NCBI GenBank assembly: GCA_025594325.1
Contig: JANHCV010000005.1
Location: forward strand, 1,178,001 to 1,242,000
DNA: 64,000 nt
Origin: Blastocladiella emersonii ATCC 22665
Lineage: Eukaryota > Fungi > Blastocladiomycota
Direction of reading: 5' to 3'
Positions 45,270 to 55,981 of the stretch are shown here, in pieces. Made by a program: the position numbers and the translations under genes. The notes beneath the pieces were generated by a model, which saw nothing but the letters and a program-made list of their open reading frames with translations, was not told the origin of the DNA and made no database searches. The number at the start of each line of letters is the position of its first letter. Position 1 is the stretch's first letter.

Positions 45270-46627
45270 TCAGGTCAATGGTCGTGGCGCGCAGACGTGA
45301 CGCTTCTTGCAACGGCGGCCTGCGTCGATGAGCTCGTTGCCAAACGCAAACCACTTGTCGCTCGAGATGTTGCTGGGCGTTGGGGGGATGTACGTGTTGA
45401 GGACGCAAGCAAAGACGACGCGACCGTGGGCCTGGAAGAGAACGCTGAGCTGGTCGTCGAGCTGGGCCTTTGTCCAAGTTGTGCCAGACGGCTTCATGGC
45501 GAAGAACTTCTTGTCCCGCTCGTCCTGGAACTTGTCCTGCAGGTCACTCTGCTGGTCTGAGGCGCCGTGGAGCGGGGCGCGTAGCAGCTCGCTGGGCGAA
45601 CTGTCCGGGTAGAACTCGCGCAGGAAGGACTCGTACAGCGCCGACTGGTCCTCGTTGAAGGCGACCGTCTTGCAATCAGATCTGCAGAGCACGTCGAAGA
45701 CCACAACGATGAAGCACACAAGGCGGACGATGACCTCGAGGTCAGCGGGGGCCAGGCGGAGCGACAGGGTCCCGTCCTTGCCAACGACTACGCTGCCCTT
45801 GAAACCGAGGCCAGGGAGGCTATTCCACAAGTACAGGGTGTCGGCTGTGGGACGGTCAGTTGGCGCCGCAACAAGGTGGTGAGCGCAAGACACGAGGGCG
45901 TACCGTGCGACAACTTGGCAAACATGATCTCAATGACCTTGTGGATGAACGGGTGGGTGCCAAGGTAGCGCCACTTGGCTGGCGCGGCGGGGTGTGACAC
46001 CTTGGCCTCGGCCTCCTCCTCCTCGTCGTCCTCCTCCTCGAGCTCGGCCTCGTTGTCGCTGTCAAAGTCGCCGTTGTCAAAGTCCTTGGGGTTGTTGCTG
46101 GCCGGGTCGAAGACAAAGGTCGACAGCCAGTGCTTGAAGTGGAGGCGGCCAGGAAGACTGCTTGATGGAGGGAGGACGTGGTGGATGAGCGTCAGGGCGT
46201 GGATGTCAACGTTATCGAGGCGGGCGATCGCCTGCTCGTTGCCCTTCTTGTGGAAGTAGGCGGCGGCGCGCTTGATGGTGGTGCGGGCGGGGCGGGAGCG
46301 GCCCTTGATGAGGTTCTCGGAGTCCTTGATGGCCTTCTTGGCGGCTGACGCGAGGTTGGAGAGGAGGTTGGAGGCCACACGTGTGGGGCCCTACACAACG
46401 GGACAAGGCGGTTAGTCTGCATTGATAAGTAAACGAGGTGAGCGGTGCGCGCATACGTTTGCCTCGCGTTCAGCCGCGGTGCAGAGGAGCTGCTGCTGCT
46501 GAGGGACATGGTCGACAGGGACGGCGAGCTCGTATCGCGCGGCAGCCTCGAGCAGCGACTGATACATGCACTCGAGCAGGATACCCGAGCGCAGCCTGAG
46601 ACTGATCTGCTTGTCGATCTTCGCCAT
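45270..46627 (-). CDS. Transposon accessory protein of unknown function (exons 46627-46457, 46390-45904, 45844-45270; 410 aa)
   Basis: Two GT-AG introns (66 and 59 nt; ACTAAC branch point in the first) give one open frame of 1233 nt; acidic tract EEEDDEEEEAE. Confidence 0.75.
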
Positions 46628-46716
46628 GAGCGGAGAGACTGGCAAGGGCGACGGCGAGGGCGGGGCGTGGGTCAGCCCGGCTCGCGGGAGGCGAACAGCG
46701 CGGGTCACGGAGGAGC

Positions 46717-47448
46717 GTATGGTGCACGACACGAAAAACCTCCAAGGGCCCTGCACGTGACCAGCCGAAAGTGAGCAAAAATGCACGGGAACCTTTGAAA
46801 CCTTTCAGCCCTTCCATTTCAAGTCTTCTCGCCGTTTAACTTGCTGCAATTAAACATTTATAGAATTCTCTACAGGTTTAGTGGAGCACGGTGAGCATCA
46901 CAGCCACGGGGAGCTGACGTCGCTGGGGGGCTGCGATCACCGTGGGGATCAGCGTGGCTTCCGGTGCCCCGCTGCGGTGCCAGTCGCTGCCCGGCTGCAA
47001 ACAACTCGCGACGGCAGCGTCACAGGAGATCTCCTGTGATGCTGCCGTCGCGACCGAGTTCGTCAACTCGAAGAAGAAGTCGCACCGCCCCCAGGCGATA
47101 GCGAGCTCAAGGTGCTCCTCAACAAGCACATCGCCAAGAAGCGTGCAGGCGGAGAGCTCAGCCCAGTCGATCTTCGAGTCGTCGAGGTTCTCGTCCAGTA
47201 CCTCGAGGTCGAGCGCATGGACGTGGACGGCGTGGCCGTCGCCCTGACCTCGACTCCGCTGGCGCCAATGCTCCCGATCCATCGGACTGCCCAGTAACTT
47301 TGTATTGCATAAAATTGCGATCATTTTGCAGGTAGTTGCATGGGAATTCGTTAAGTATTGAAGGTGCTGAAAGAGTTCAAAGTTTTACGTGTATTTGGTC
47401 ACCGCGGTGGGGTGACGGCCTGAAGGTTTCTCGTGTCGTGCACCATAC
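46717..47448. repeat. Internal inverted repeats (28 bp, 26/28 identical, with weaker inward extension)
   Basis: GTATGGTGCACGACACGAAAAACCTCCA (46717-46744) versus the reverse complement of 47421-47448. Confidence 0.85.
47006..47053. repeat. 48-nt near-perfect palindrome
   Basis: TCGCGACGGCAGCGTCACAGGAG-AT-CTCCTGTGATGCTGCCGTCGCGA, one mismatch. Confidence 0.95.
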
Positions 47449-47873
47449 CACGAGGACGATCGATCGGAGCGCCAGATTCGCCGTCGGACGACCCGTCGGA
47501 CATGGTGGCGATGGTGATGGGGGAAGGTGATGGGGTAGGAGGGGTGGGTCGGGTGTTGCGTGGTGGGTAGATGTGTGCGTGGTTGATGTGTGCGTGCAAG
47601 ACTTGGCGGGTGCGTGCGGACAAGAGCGTTGGAGGCGGGCGGGGCCGCACTGATGCTTTGCTCGGTGCGGTTGCTAGGGGCCGGAAGGCGTGTTGACCCG
47701 GGTAACGTGAGCCCTCATGACGCGTTGCCCAGCCCAAGGCTGCGCCACCGCGGCCTGCACGCGGCCGTCGCGACCGCGACCGCGACCGCGACCGCGGCCG
47801 GACCTTCCCACCTCCCACGGAAAGCACTGGAAACGGAAATTCAAGCGCAACTAGAAGCAATGCTATCGACGAC

Positions 47874-50800
47874 ATGACCAAAACATCCTTCGCCTGTCCC
47901 AACTGCTCCAAGCCGTCCAAGTCGCAACGCGGCGTGACCAACCACCTCAGGACCTGCAACGCCCCCGTGCCTCCCGCCGCGCCCCGACCCAGACGGACGC
48001 AACGCGTGCGGGCGGATGTCGAGTCCGCCTCGCCGTACTCTAAGGACGCGTACTATGACGCGGACAACGGCGTCGAGATCAGCGAGCAGCGCGCCGCCGC
48101 CGCGCACGCGGCCGCGCTCGCCGCCAGCGACCCCGCCTTTGCCGACCTGTCCGAGGTAGCGCCTGTGCTCGCCAACCAGCTAGAGCACGGCACTCCCGAC
48201 GACGACAACACGGATGGGGCGGGCGAGTCGGGTCGGTTCACGGACGAGGAGCTCGCGCGCCTTGCTTCCCTGCGCGAGCGCGCCGAGACCATCATCCTCG
48301 GCGAACGCGACGGTATTCTCAAGATCCGTACGTGTTCATGGCTTCGCCCGTTGTCCCACGTCCGCTTACCTCCACCACACGCTTCGCATACAGCTGACAA
48401 CGAGGTCTTTGGACCGCTCAAGGCCGCCTACGACTTCGAGTACGCGCGCATGCTCCTGAGCAAGCTTGATCTCAACGAGCGCGAGTTCGACGAGCTCATG
48501 GCCTTCGACCGCGAGTTCGACCGCCGTCTTCCCTCCTCCTTCTCCTCTTTTGCCACCCTCCGCGCTCGTCTCGAGGAGTCCAAACTGCACCGTCCCTTCA
48601 CCTTCCCGACCGTGACGCCGCTCCATCTCTCCACCCCACTCAATTTCCCCAAGCGGTGCCTCCTGCAGACCATCCTCGATCTGTTTGGAAACCCAAAGTT
48701 CCGCCACTACACCTCGTTCCGTCCTGTCCCTCTTGCTCCAGCGGACGCCACCGACGTTGATGGCGCGCCACCGCCGCCGCCGCCCGTCATTGGCGACCTC
48801 GCGACCGCGTCGGCGTGGCGTGCTGCTGAAGCTTCGCTCGCTGAGCGGTTTGGTAGCCTCAAGGCCGAGCATCCCTCAAAGCCCGGCACCTTCATCGACC
48901 GGATTCTCATCCCGTTCATCTTCTACTCGGACAAGGCCGACGTCTCCGCCAACACGTGTGCGTGTTCTTGCGGTTCCGCAAGGTAAGGATGCATGTGCTG
49001 ATCGATACTCGTTGCGTGTAGCCGCGCACCCAGCGTACGTTCGCCTCGGCAACCACGACCCGTCGGTCGAGTCCATGGCGAGCTACCGCGGGATGCCGCT
49101 CGTTGGGGTCTTCCCGTACGTGACGGAGGCGATCTCGCGGGCCCTCACGGACACGAAACGGGCGGCCGCTCGCCGCGACGTGCTGCACCAGTGCCTCGCG
49201 CTGCTCCTGGGCGACCCGAAGTTCGCCGCTGCCGTGCGCGACGGCGTCCTCGCGGTTGGCCCCGACGGCAAGGAGTACATCGTGCACCCGTGGTTCTGCC
49301 ACTACTCGACCGACCTGCAGGAGATCTACACGCTCTCACACCTGCGCGGCGCGAACTCGGCGTTCCCGTGCCCCGAGTGCATGGTCCCCGCCAACATGAT
49401 CAACGCCAACACGCTCGCCGGCCACGATCACTGCCGCCGCTCGCAGGAGGAGACGGAGCGTCTCGTGGACGAGTACTCGTCCAAGACCGACAAGGAGCGC
49501 GAGGAGATGGGCCGCCTGCTGAGCATCTTCCTCGTGAAGAGCGGCCTGTGGTCGTCATGTCGCGACGTGTACCTCCAGTTTGGCGGCGACCCGCTGCACA
49601 CGATCGACATCGGCATCACCAAGTACGTGATTGACATCATCCTCGACGCCATCAACCTGCTGCCCAAGACCGGGTCCGCGGCGACCCGCACAACGGCCAA
49701 GGCGCGCAAGCTCGTCGACACGTTCATGAGCAGCGCGCTCCCGTTCTCGTCGTTCTACCGCTCGCGCAAGACGAGCGTGCTCGAGGGCACCAAGACCATG
49801 GCCTACGAGTACTCGAACGCCGTCAAGGTGCTCGCGCTTGGGCTGTTCGCGCTCGGCCCGCTTCCTCATGTGCCGTCGCTGTTCCCACTCGTGCGCGCGT
49901 ACGTCGACTTCGTGCACCTCATCCGCCTCCCCAAGCACACGGCCGCGACGCTCCAGGACTCGGACGACGCGCTCGCCCTCGTGTACCGCTACATGGACGC
50001 CTCGTACAAGGAGATCATCGCCAAGATCGACCCAAGCGACGCCAACGTCGCCGCCGCGGCCGCGGCCGCTGCAGGCCTCGCGTCGCCCGCGCCGTCCGGC
50101 GCCAGTTCCAGCTCGTCGAGTGCACCCGCCGCCCCCGCCAGCGTCCTCCCTGAACAGGGCGAGGAGCGCGCGCCGCTCGGTTCTGCGGCAGCCGCGGCGG
50201 CAGCCCCCGCCGCCAAGGGCAAGAAGGACGAGTACAAGCGCCCCACGCCCATCAAGCTGCACCTCCTGCGCCACTACCGCGCCCTCATCGAGCGGTTCGG
50301 CCCGATCGACATGCAGGGCAGCCAGCGCGGCGAGAAGGAGCACTCGGTTACGACCAAGGGTGCGGCTCGCCACACCAACTTCAACTACAACACGTTTACC
50401 AAGCAGCTCGCCATCTGGGTGAGCTTGCGCGACACGTGCGACGCGATTGGCGACTACGCCGCCTTCCACCGACCAGATCTGCTCTCGCCGATGCTCCGCC
50501 GCGAGTTCAAGCACACGATCATGGCGCGCGGGCCCCCTCCGCCCACGTACGCCGTCGGCGAGCCGGCGGTCGCGCTGGTCGCTCCAGTGGCGGGCAAGCC
50601 GCTGCTGCTGCACGCGTCGCAGGACGGCATCGGTGTGGAAGCGGGCCAGCTTCACCCCGCCGCCATCCCGCTTCTCGCGGCGCAGCCGAACATGACGTAC
50701 GCGCCGCTACCCGACGACGTCCGCCACTCGCCGCCGCTGCGCGTCTTCGCCCGCACGGCGTCCGTCAAGGTGTTCCGCTCGTTCCTCCTCTCGGTTCGCT

Positions 50801-51249
50801 CAACCTTTCTGCACGGCCACGAGGTCAACCAGTCGGCGCGCGCGCATGCCGGCCTTCACCATGGGCGCCAGGTGCACGACGGCATCCTGTTCGAGACGGG
50901 TGGCGAGTATCGGATTGGCAAGCTCGTTCAGCTACTCGAGTTCAAGGACTCGGCGGGCGGGATGCACGAGGCCGCCGTCGTGGACATGCTTCGCGTCAGC
51001 CGCCAGTGCACGCAGACGGGCCTCGTGATCTGTGGACCTGCTGGGACGCCGACGGCGGGCAGCCCGGCGCACGGCAGGGCGCTGGTCATGCTCAACAAGG
51101 TGGTCTCGGTCCTCAACATCGTCCCGAGCCCTCACCTTGCGCGCGAGCACCTGGTGAACGGCGACGCGGATCGCCACAGCTTCATGGCGCTGCGCGACAA
51201 GCGGATCCGCGCCTCTCTCGGGCTCACCAGTCTCCGGCCACCTGGCTAG
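47874..51249 (+). CDS. Plavaka transposase (exons 47874-48327, 48394-48957, 49022-51249; 1081 aa)
   Basis: N-terminal C2HC finger CPNC..HLRTC; FYSDK..S|AHPAYVRLGN; GPDGK..HPWFCHYSTDLQE; CPEC; DPLHTIDIG; KLHLLRHY..FG..GEKEH. Confidence 0.9.
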
Positions 51250-51507
51250 AGCCTCACGGGCCTCGTGGCAATACATATGTTTCGTTGCATGGACTGTTCA
51301 TCGATTTTCTGAGGGGTGTTGAATTTAGTGCATTAAGGCTTAGTGCTCTAAATTGGAGAGGTGGATTTTTTTCGAGGCTCGGACGCGACCCGGTCACCGC
51401 GAAAGTGAAAATATTCAGGCGGCGGTGGCGAGGGCACCGAAAGCCGTGTAGGGGTGACGGAAAGCTGGCGGGAGCGGCGAAAGGCGGTGAGGCCGTTTCA
51501 CGATGTT

Positions 51508-52302
51508 GTTCGTGGCCTTGGCGACTGGCTTGTCGAGCAGGCTGCTTCTCTGTTCGAGCACGCGTCCCGCGACGAGGCTTGGCTCGCTGGCCGCATCGCG
51601 ACGGAAATCAGCCAGAATCGTGCTGGGGACTCGCGTAGCGGTCAGTTTTTCAACGTTCCAATCTACGCTCTTGTGCAGCTACTCGTCGGCATCGTCACCT
51701 TCCGCGACCCAGCGACGCTTGAGCATCTGCTCACCCGTATCCGCGAGGAGATTCCCGCGCTTCTCCGCACCAAAATCGAACAGAATGCTCTCATCGGTTC
51801 GGTTTGGGCCATGGCTCAAGTGGAGCACCTCGAGACCCCCGAGCCAGAGACAACGTGGGAAGATTTGCTTTGGAGTTGGTTCGAGACCATCTGGCCGACT
51901 GAATCAGCGGAACTCGATCAGTCCACGGCCATCGACGACGCGTCCATCTTTGACGCGTACAACGAGCATTGGTGCCCGGTCCCGCTAAACGTCTTCTTGA
52001 CGTACACCTCCGTTTTTCACTGGAGCAAGGACGTGTTTGTGGTGCTCGTTGATCCCAAGTTTGGTCTCGATGTCAAGCTGTTCATCCGTTACGCGCGCAT
52101 GGAAGACTTTTGCCAAGCTGTGCTGCAGAACCTCGAGCAGCTGTGGTGCCCCGCCAAGGAAGTTATCATGATCATGGACTGGCTCTTCGACCACGGCTGG
52201 AACATCAAAAAGGCGGCCCCGACGGGCATGGGTGACACCTTTTACGTTTATCTGGCCAAGTTCCACCAGGGCAAGCTACGCTATCACTACCGCGGTTACT
52301 GA
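51508..52302 (+). pseudogene. F-box-like family copy 1, 3' half
   Basis: VRGLGDWLVEQAASLFE.. continues the frame of 44542-44859; the reconstituted ORF is 370 aa. Confidence 0.9.
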
Positions 52303-52395
52303 CCACATACCGGTTGATTTGGTCGCGTCTGCTGTGAATATATAATCCGCGTTCTCGTGTGCGGTCCTTGACGCGTTGTTCATGTCGGCTCGCAC

Positions 52396-52902
52396 GTGGA
52401 GACGCTCAAGCATCTGCTTTCCCGCATCGCCAAGGAAGTCCCAGCGTTCCTCCGCACCAAGATGGCGCAGTACGCTCTCATCGATTTCGTCTGGTCGAGG
52501 ACGCAACCAAATGAAATCGACACGCCCGAGGCGGACATGCCTAGCGACGCAGCCTTGCCGTCGTCCGACCCGCTTCCAATCCCGCTTCACGTCTTCCTGG
52601 CGTACACCGCTGTGTTCCACTGGAACAACGACGTGTTTCTGCTGCTCGTCGACCCGCAGTCTGGGCTGGACATCTCGCAGTTCATGCGCTACGCGTCCAC
52701 GGAGGCCTTTTGCGAGGCCGTCTTTGAGAACCTCCAGCAGCAGTGGGGTCCCGCCAAGAAGATCATCGCGATCATGGACTGGCTATTCAGTCGCAGTTGG
52801 AACTTCAACAAGGCGGACCCGACGGGCATGGGCGGAAGCTTTTACGAGTATCTCGGCAGATTCCACAAGCCGGATTTGCTCCGCCACTACCGCAGATATT
52901 GA
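52396..52902 (+). pseudogene. F-box-like family copy 2, 5'-truncated
   Basis: Only the C-terminal half (HLLSRI..VFHWN..DPQSGLD..WGPAK..DPTGMG). Confidence 0.75.
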
Positions 52903-53130
52903 TCGCAGGCCTTGGCCGCGCATGTTTTTTTTTTTTGTTTGAATATAACTCGTGAGATATTTTACGGCCCGCGGGAGCTCCTCCATCGCCTCCGACCGTA
53001 GCTCGACTCGCGTGGTCGCGCGTCGTTCAATCGCACGTGACGTGTTTCCCGCGGGAACGAGATCGGCGCGCGCCAACTTCGGTGTCTCCACTCCAAAGCA
53101 GTCCCCATGCAACTGTAACCGCACTGTAAC

Positions 53131-54117
53131 ATGCAGCAACAACTCATGGTATCCTATCCGACCGTCATCCTCGAGTCGGTGCTCTTGCTCTCGAGGCCGC
53201 GGTGCTTTGTCGTCGCGTCGACACGCGAGTTTGCGAACCTGGCGTGCTCCCACCCGGTGCACCCCGTCTGGCTCAAACCTTACATTATCGAGGCAGTCCG
53301 AAACAAGGATAAGAAGCTTGTCGGAAAGTTGATTCACCCGCCTGATGTCTTCGAACTCGTCCTGAAGTCCGGATACGACTACGTCACGCCTCGCCGTGCT
53401 CCATCGGCTCGCTTCATCTCGCTTGTCCACGTCCTGGCCGACTGGCTCGTCAAGCAGACCCGCGCCGCGTTCGAGCGAGCGGGTCGCGACGAGGCGTGGC
53501 TCTCGAGCCGAATCGCGGCCGAAATCGAGGGTTCGTGCGTCCGCCGGCCGTACCGTGCCGAATTCATCAAGTCTCCGATCTATGCCCTCGTTCAGCTTCT
53601 CCTCGGCCTTGTTGGATTTCGATACGCAAGGTTGGTGGAGTATTTACTCCTCCAAATTCGACAGCACGTGCCTGAGCTGCTTCGCACCCGAATCGCTCAG
53701 GAGGCCCTCATCCAGTCAGTTCCGCAACCGCTCCAAATGCCCCCGCTCGACACGTCCGGGCTGGACGCAAAGTCGGAGAACCACGCTTCCGTCCCGCTCG
53801 ACGTGTTTCTCGTGTACTCGACCGTTGTCCACTGGAACTTCGAAGCGTTCATGGCCCTCGTCTACCCGCGATCCGTCTTTGACGTTCGGCTGTTTATGCG
53901 CGACTTCGCATCAACAGTGGGCTTCGTCAGGACCGTTCTTGGCAGTCTCGAGGACCACAAGGAGCCGAGCAAGCACGTCATTGCGATCATGGATTGGCTT
54001 TTCGACAACGACTGGTCCATTGATATGCGAAACCCGACAGGCGATCACGCAAGCTTCTCCGACTACCTGAATCGTTTTCACAACTCTGACCTCGTTCATC
54101 ACTTCGGGCAGGGCTGA
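53131..54117 (+). CDS. F-box-like family copy 3 (intact, 328 aa)
   Basis: Full-length paralog with PIYALVQLL and IMDWLF motifs. Confidence 0.8.
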   Translation: MQQQLMVSYPTVILESVLLLSRPRCFVVASTREFANLACSHPVHPVWLKPYIIEAVRNKDKKLVGKLIHPPDVFELVLKSGYDYVTPRRAPSARFISLVHVLADWLVKQTRAAFERAGRDEAWLSSRIAAEIEGSCVRRPYRAEFIKSPIYALVQLLLGLVGFRYARLVEYLLLQIRQHVPELLRTRIAQEALIQSVPQPLQMPPLDTSGLDAKSENHASVPLDVFLVYSTVVHWNFEAFMALVYPRSVFDVRLFMRDFASTVGFVRTVLGSLEDHKEPSKHVIAIMDWLFDNDWSIDMRNPTGDHASFSDYLNRFHNSDLVHHFGQG

Positions 54118-54486
54118 TCTCACTTTCTAAGCCGCGCGGTTGTTCATCTTGTCTATGATTGCGGATACAACGATTCTTGCTGAACATTTTGGACAACTTG
54201 AAAGGTCCGGGGTGGTTGAGGCCGTTCAGCTTGAGAGCGCCCGACTCCTCCTCGCGCAGAGGCGAAACATGATGGTTGAATGCGACGCGTCGAGATGTCA
54301 CGCGGAATCGACGACGCGCCGAAAGATCACGCGTAATTAACGAGGCGCGTTCGTGCACGTACTGTTCATCCGTACGTGATCTGCTGCCAACAGTAAAAGC
54401 CGACGCGCTACAAAACGCGCCCTTGTCCTTCCGCGGTGCTTGCTCACCTTGCCAAAGTGTCCATGTAAATCAACTCGCGCAACAAA

Positions 54487-55338
54487 ATGGAGCAGCATCC
54501 AACGCTTGTCTCGTCCCTACCCCTCGACATTCTCGAGTCGGTGGTCCAGCTCGCGAGCCCGCGCCGCATTGTATTCAGGGCGTCTCGAAAGCTCGCAGGC
54601 ATCGCTAGTTCCAGCAAAGTCCGCCCGATCTGGCTCAAACGCGGCATCCTTAGGGCAACCGGCGACGAGAGCTCTAAGCTAGACGTCTGCGAGCTCATCT
54701 TCGAGCGCTGCCTAGTGAGCAACACGACCCGCCGTCAACCGAAAGTCCCGAGGCGCTTGATTCCCCTCATCCGTGCTCTCGGTGATTAGCTCGTTGAGCA
54801 GGCTGCCGCCGAGTTTGAGCGTGCAAGTCGCGACGAGGCGCGGTTTTCTGGCCAAATCGCAGCTGAAATCGAACGGTCCTTTGACCACCGCGTGTCCCGG
54901 GCCATGTTTATAAAGTGTCCAATCTACGCCCTCGTTCAGCTCCTGGTCGGACTCATCACTTTTCGATACTCGGAGTCGGCCGCCTACCTCCTTGCCCACA
55001 TTCGCCAACATGTGCCCGTGCTGCTCCGCACCCGGATCGCCCAGGACGCGCTGATCCAGTTGGTTCCTCAAACGTTCCAAGTGGACTACCTTGACACGTC
55101 CGAGCTGAACCCCAAATCGAGCGAATGCCTCCCTGTTCCGCTCGACATGTTTCTCGCGTACTCGGCCGTCTTTCAATGGAACGCTGATGCTGAGGATGTG
55201 ATTGCAATCATCGAGTGGCTGTTCAAGAATGGCTGGGACTACAAGCCGTTTGACCCAGCGGGCGAGGGCCGGTCGTTTTACGACTACCTCGAGGACTTTC
55301 ACTCGCGAGATCTCTATGACTATTTCCAAAACTGCTGA
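54487..55338 (+). pseudogene. F-box-like family copy 4 (nonsense mutation and internal deletion)
   Basis: GDW becomes GD* (TAG 54787-54789); about 40 aa missing after FQWN relative to the paralogs. Confidence 0.85.
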
Positions 55339-55981
55339 GTGGCTCCGGTCTCTGTGCCCAGATCATGTTAACCGTTCAAGTTTCGAAATTTATACATGTG
55401 TGCGATGCTTATTGAGTGGGTTAGCGGTTAAGGCGGGCAACTTGAAATGCTGCACGGTTGGCAGTGTCTCCCACGTCGCCCGCCCACGCGTTGGGCGCCA
55501 AACGTTTGTTTCTTGTGAGCTTTGGGTACACGTCGTGTCCGTACTAATCGCATTATATTAGAAACACAGCTCAGCCGAAGATGTTAATCGCAGCCAAAAA
55601 GACGGGCGTGTCCGTGGTCCACTCGGCCACGGGCGACGCAGTTTCAGTGCGCACCAGGTCCATCTGGGATCTGAACGCGTTTCAATATGGTCGTGGTTGA
55701 ACAAGTAGGCGGGACAACCTGAGAGACTGACGTCCTGTTGGCGACTTGCCATTTTCTTTCCTTTCGATAAATTTTGCTTTAGATCTAGTTTTTATTATGT
55801 ACACCAACACGAAAGAGTTTGATGTTGTCATTGGGTGTCGAGCGCGAGCCTTCCGCCGTCGCGTTGTTCAGGCGCACGTGATGCGTTGTCGGGGCGCTGC
55901 GTGCGCCTTTTCGTCGCCTCGCGCGTCCGCTCCACAGCTTTCACTAGAACCCCTCCCATGTAACTTGACCCGACCAATAAC

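Larger units (their letters stand above)
44860..51505 (+). mobile_element. Complete Plavaka-type (CMC/CACTA-related) DNA transposon, 6646 bp
   Basis: Termini CATCGTGA (44860-44867) / TCACGATG (51498-51505); TT TSD (44858-59, 51506-07); excision restores ACA CCA CTT GTT CGT GGC = TPLVRG. Confidence 0.92.
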
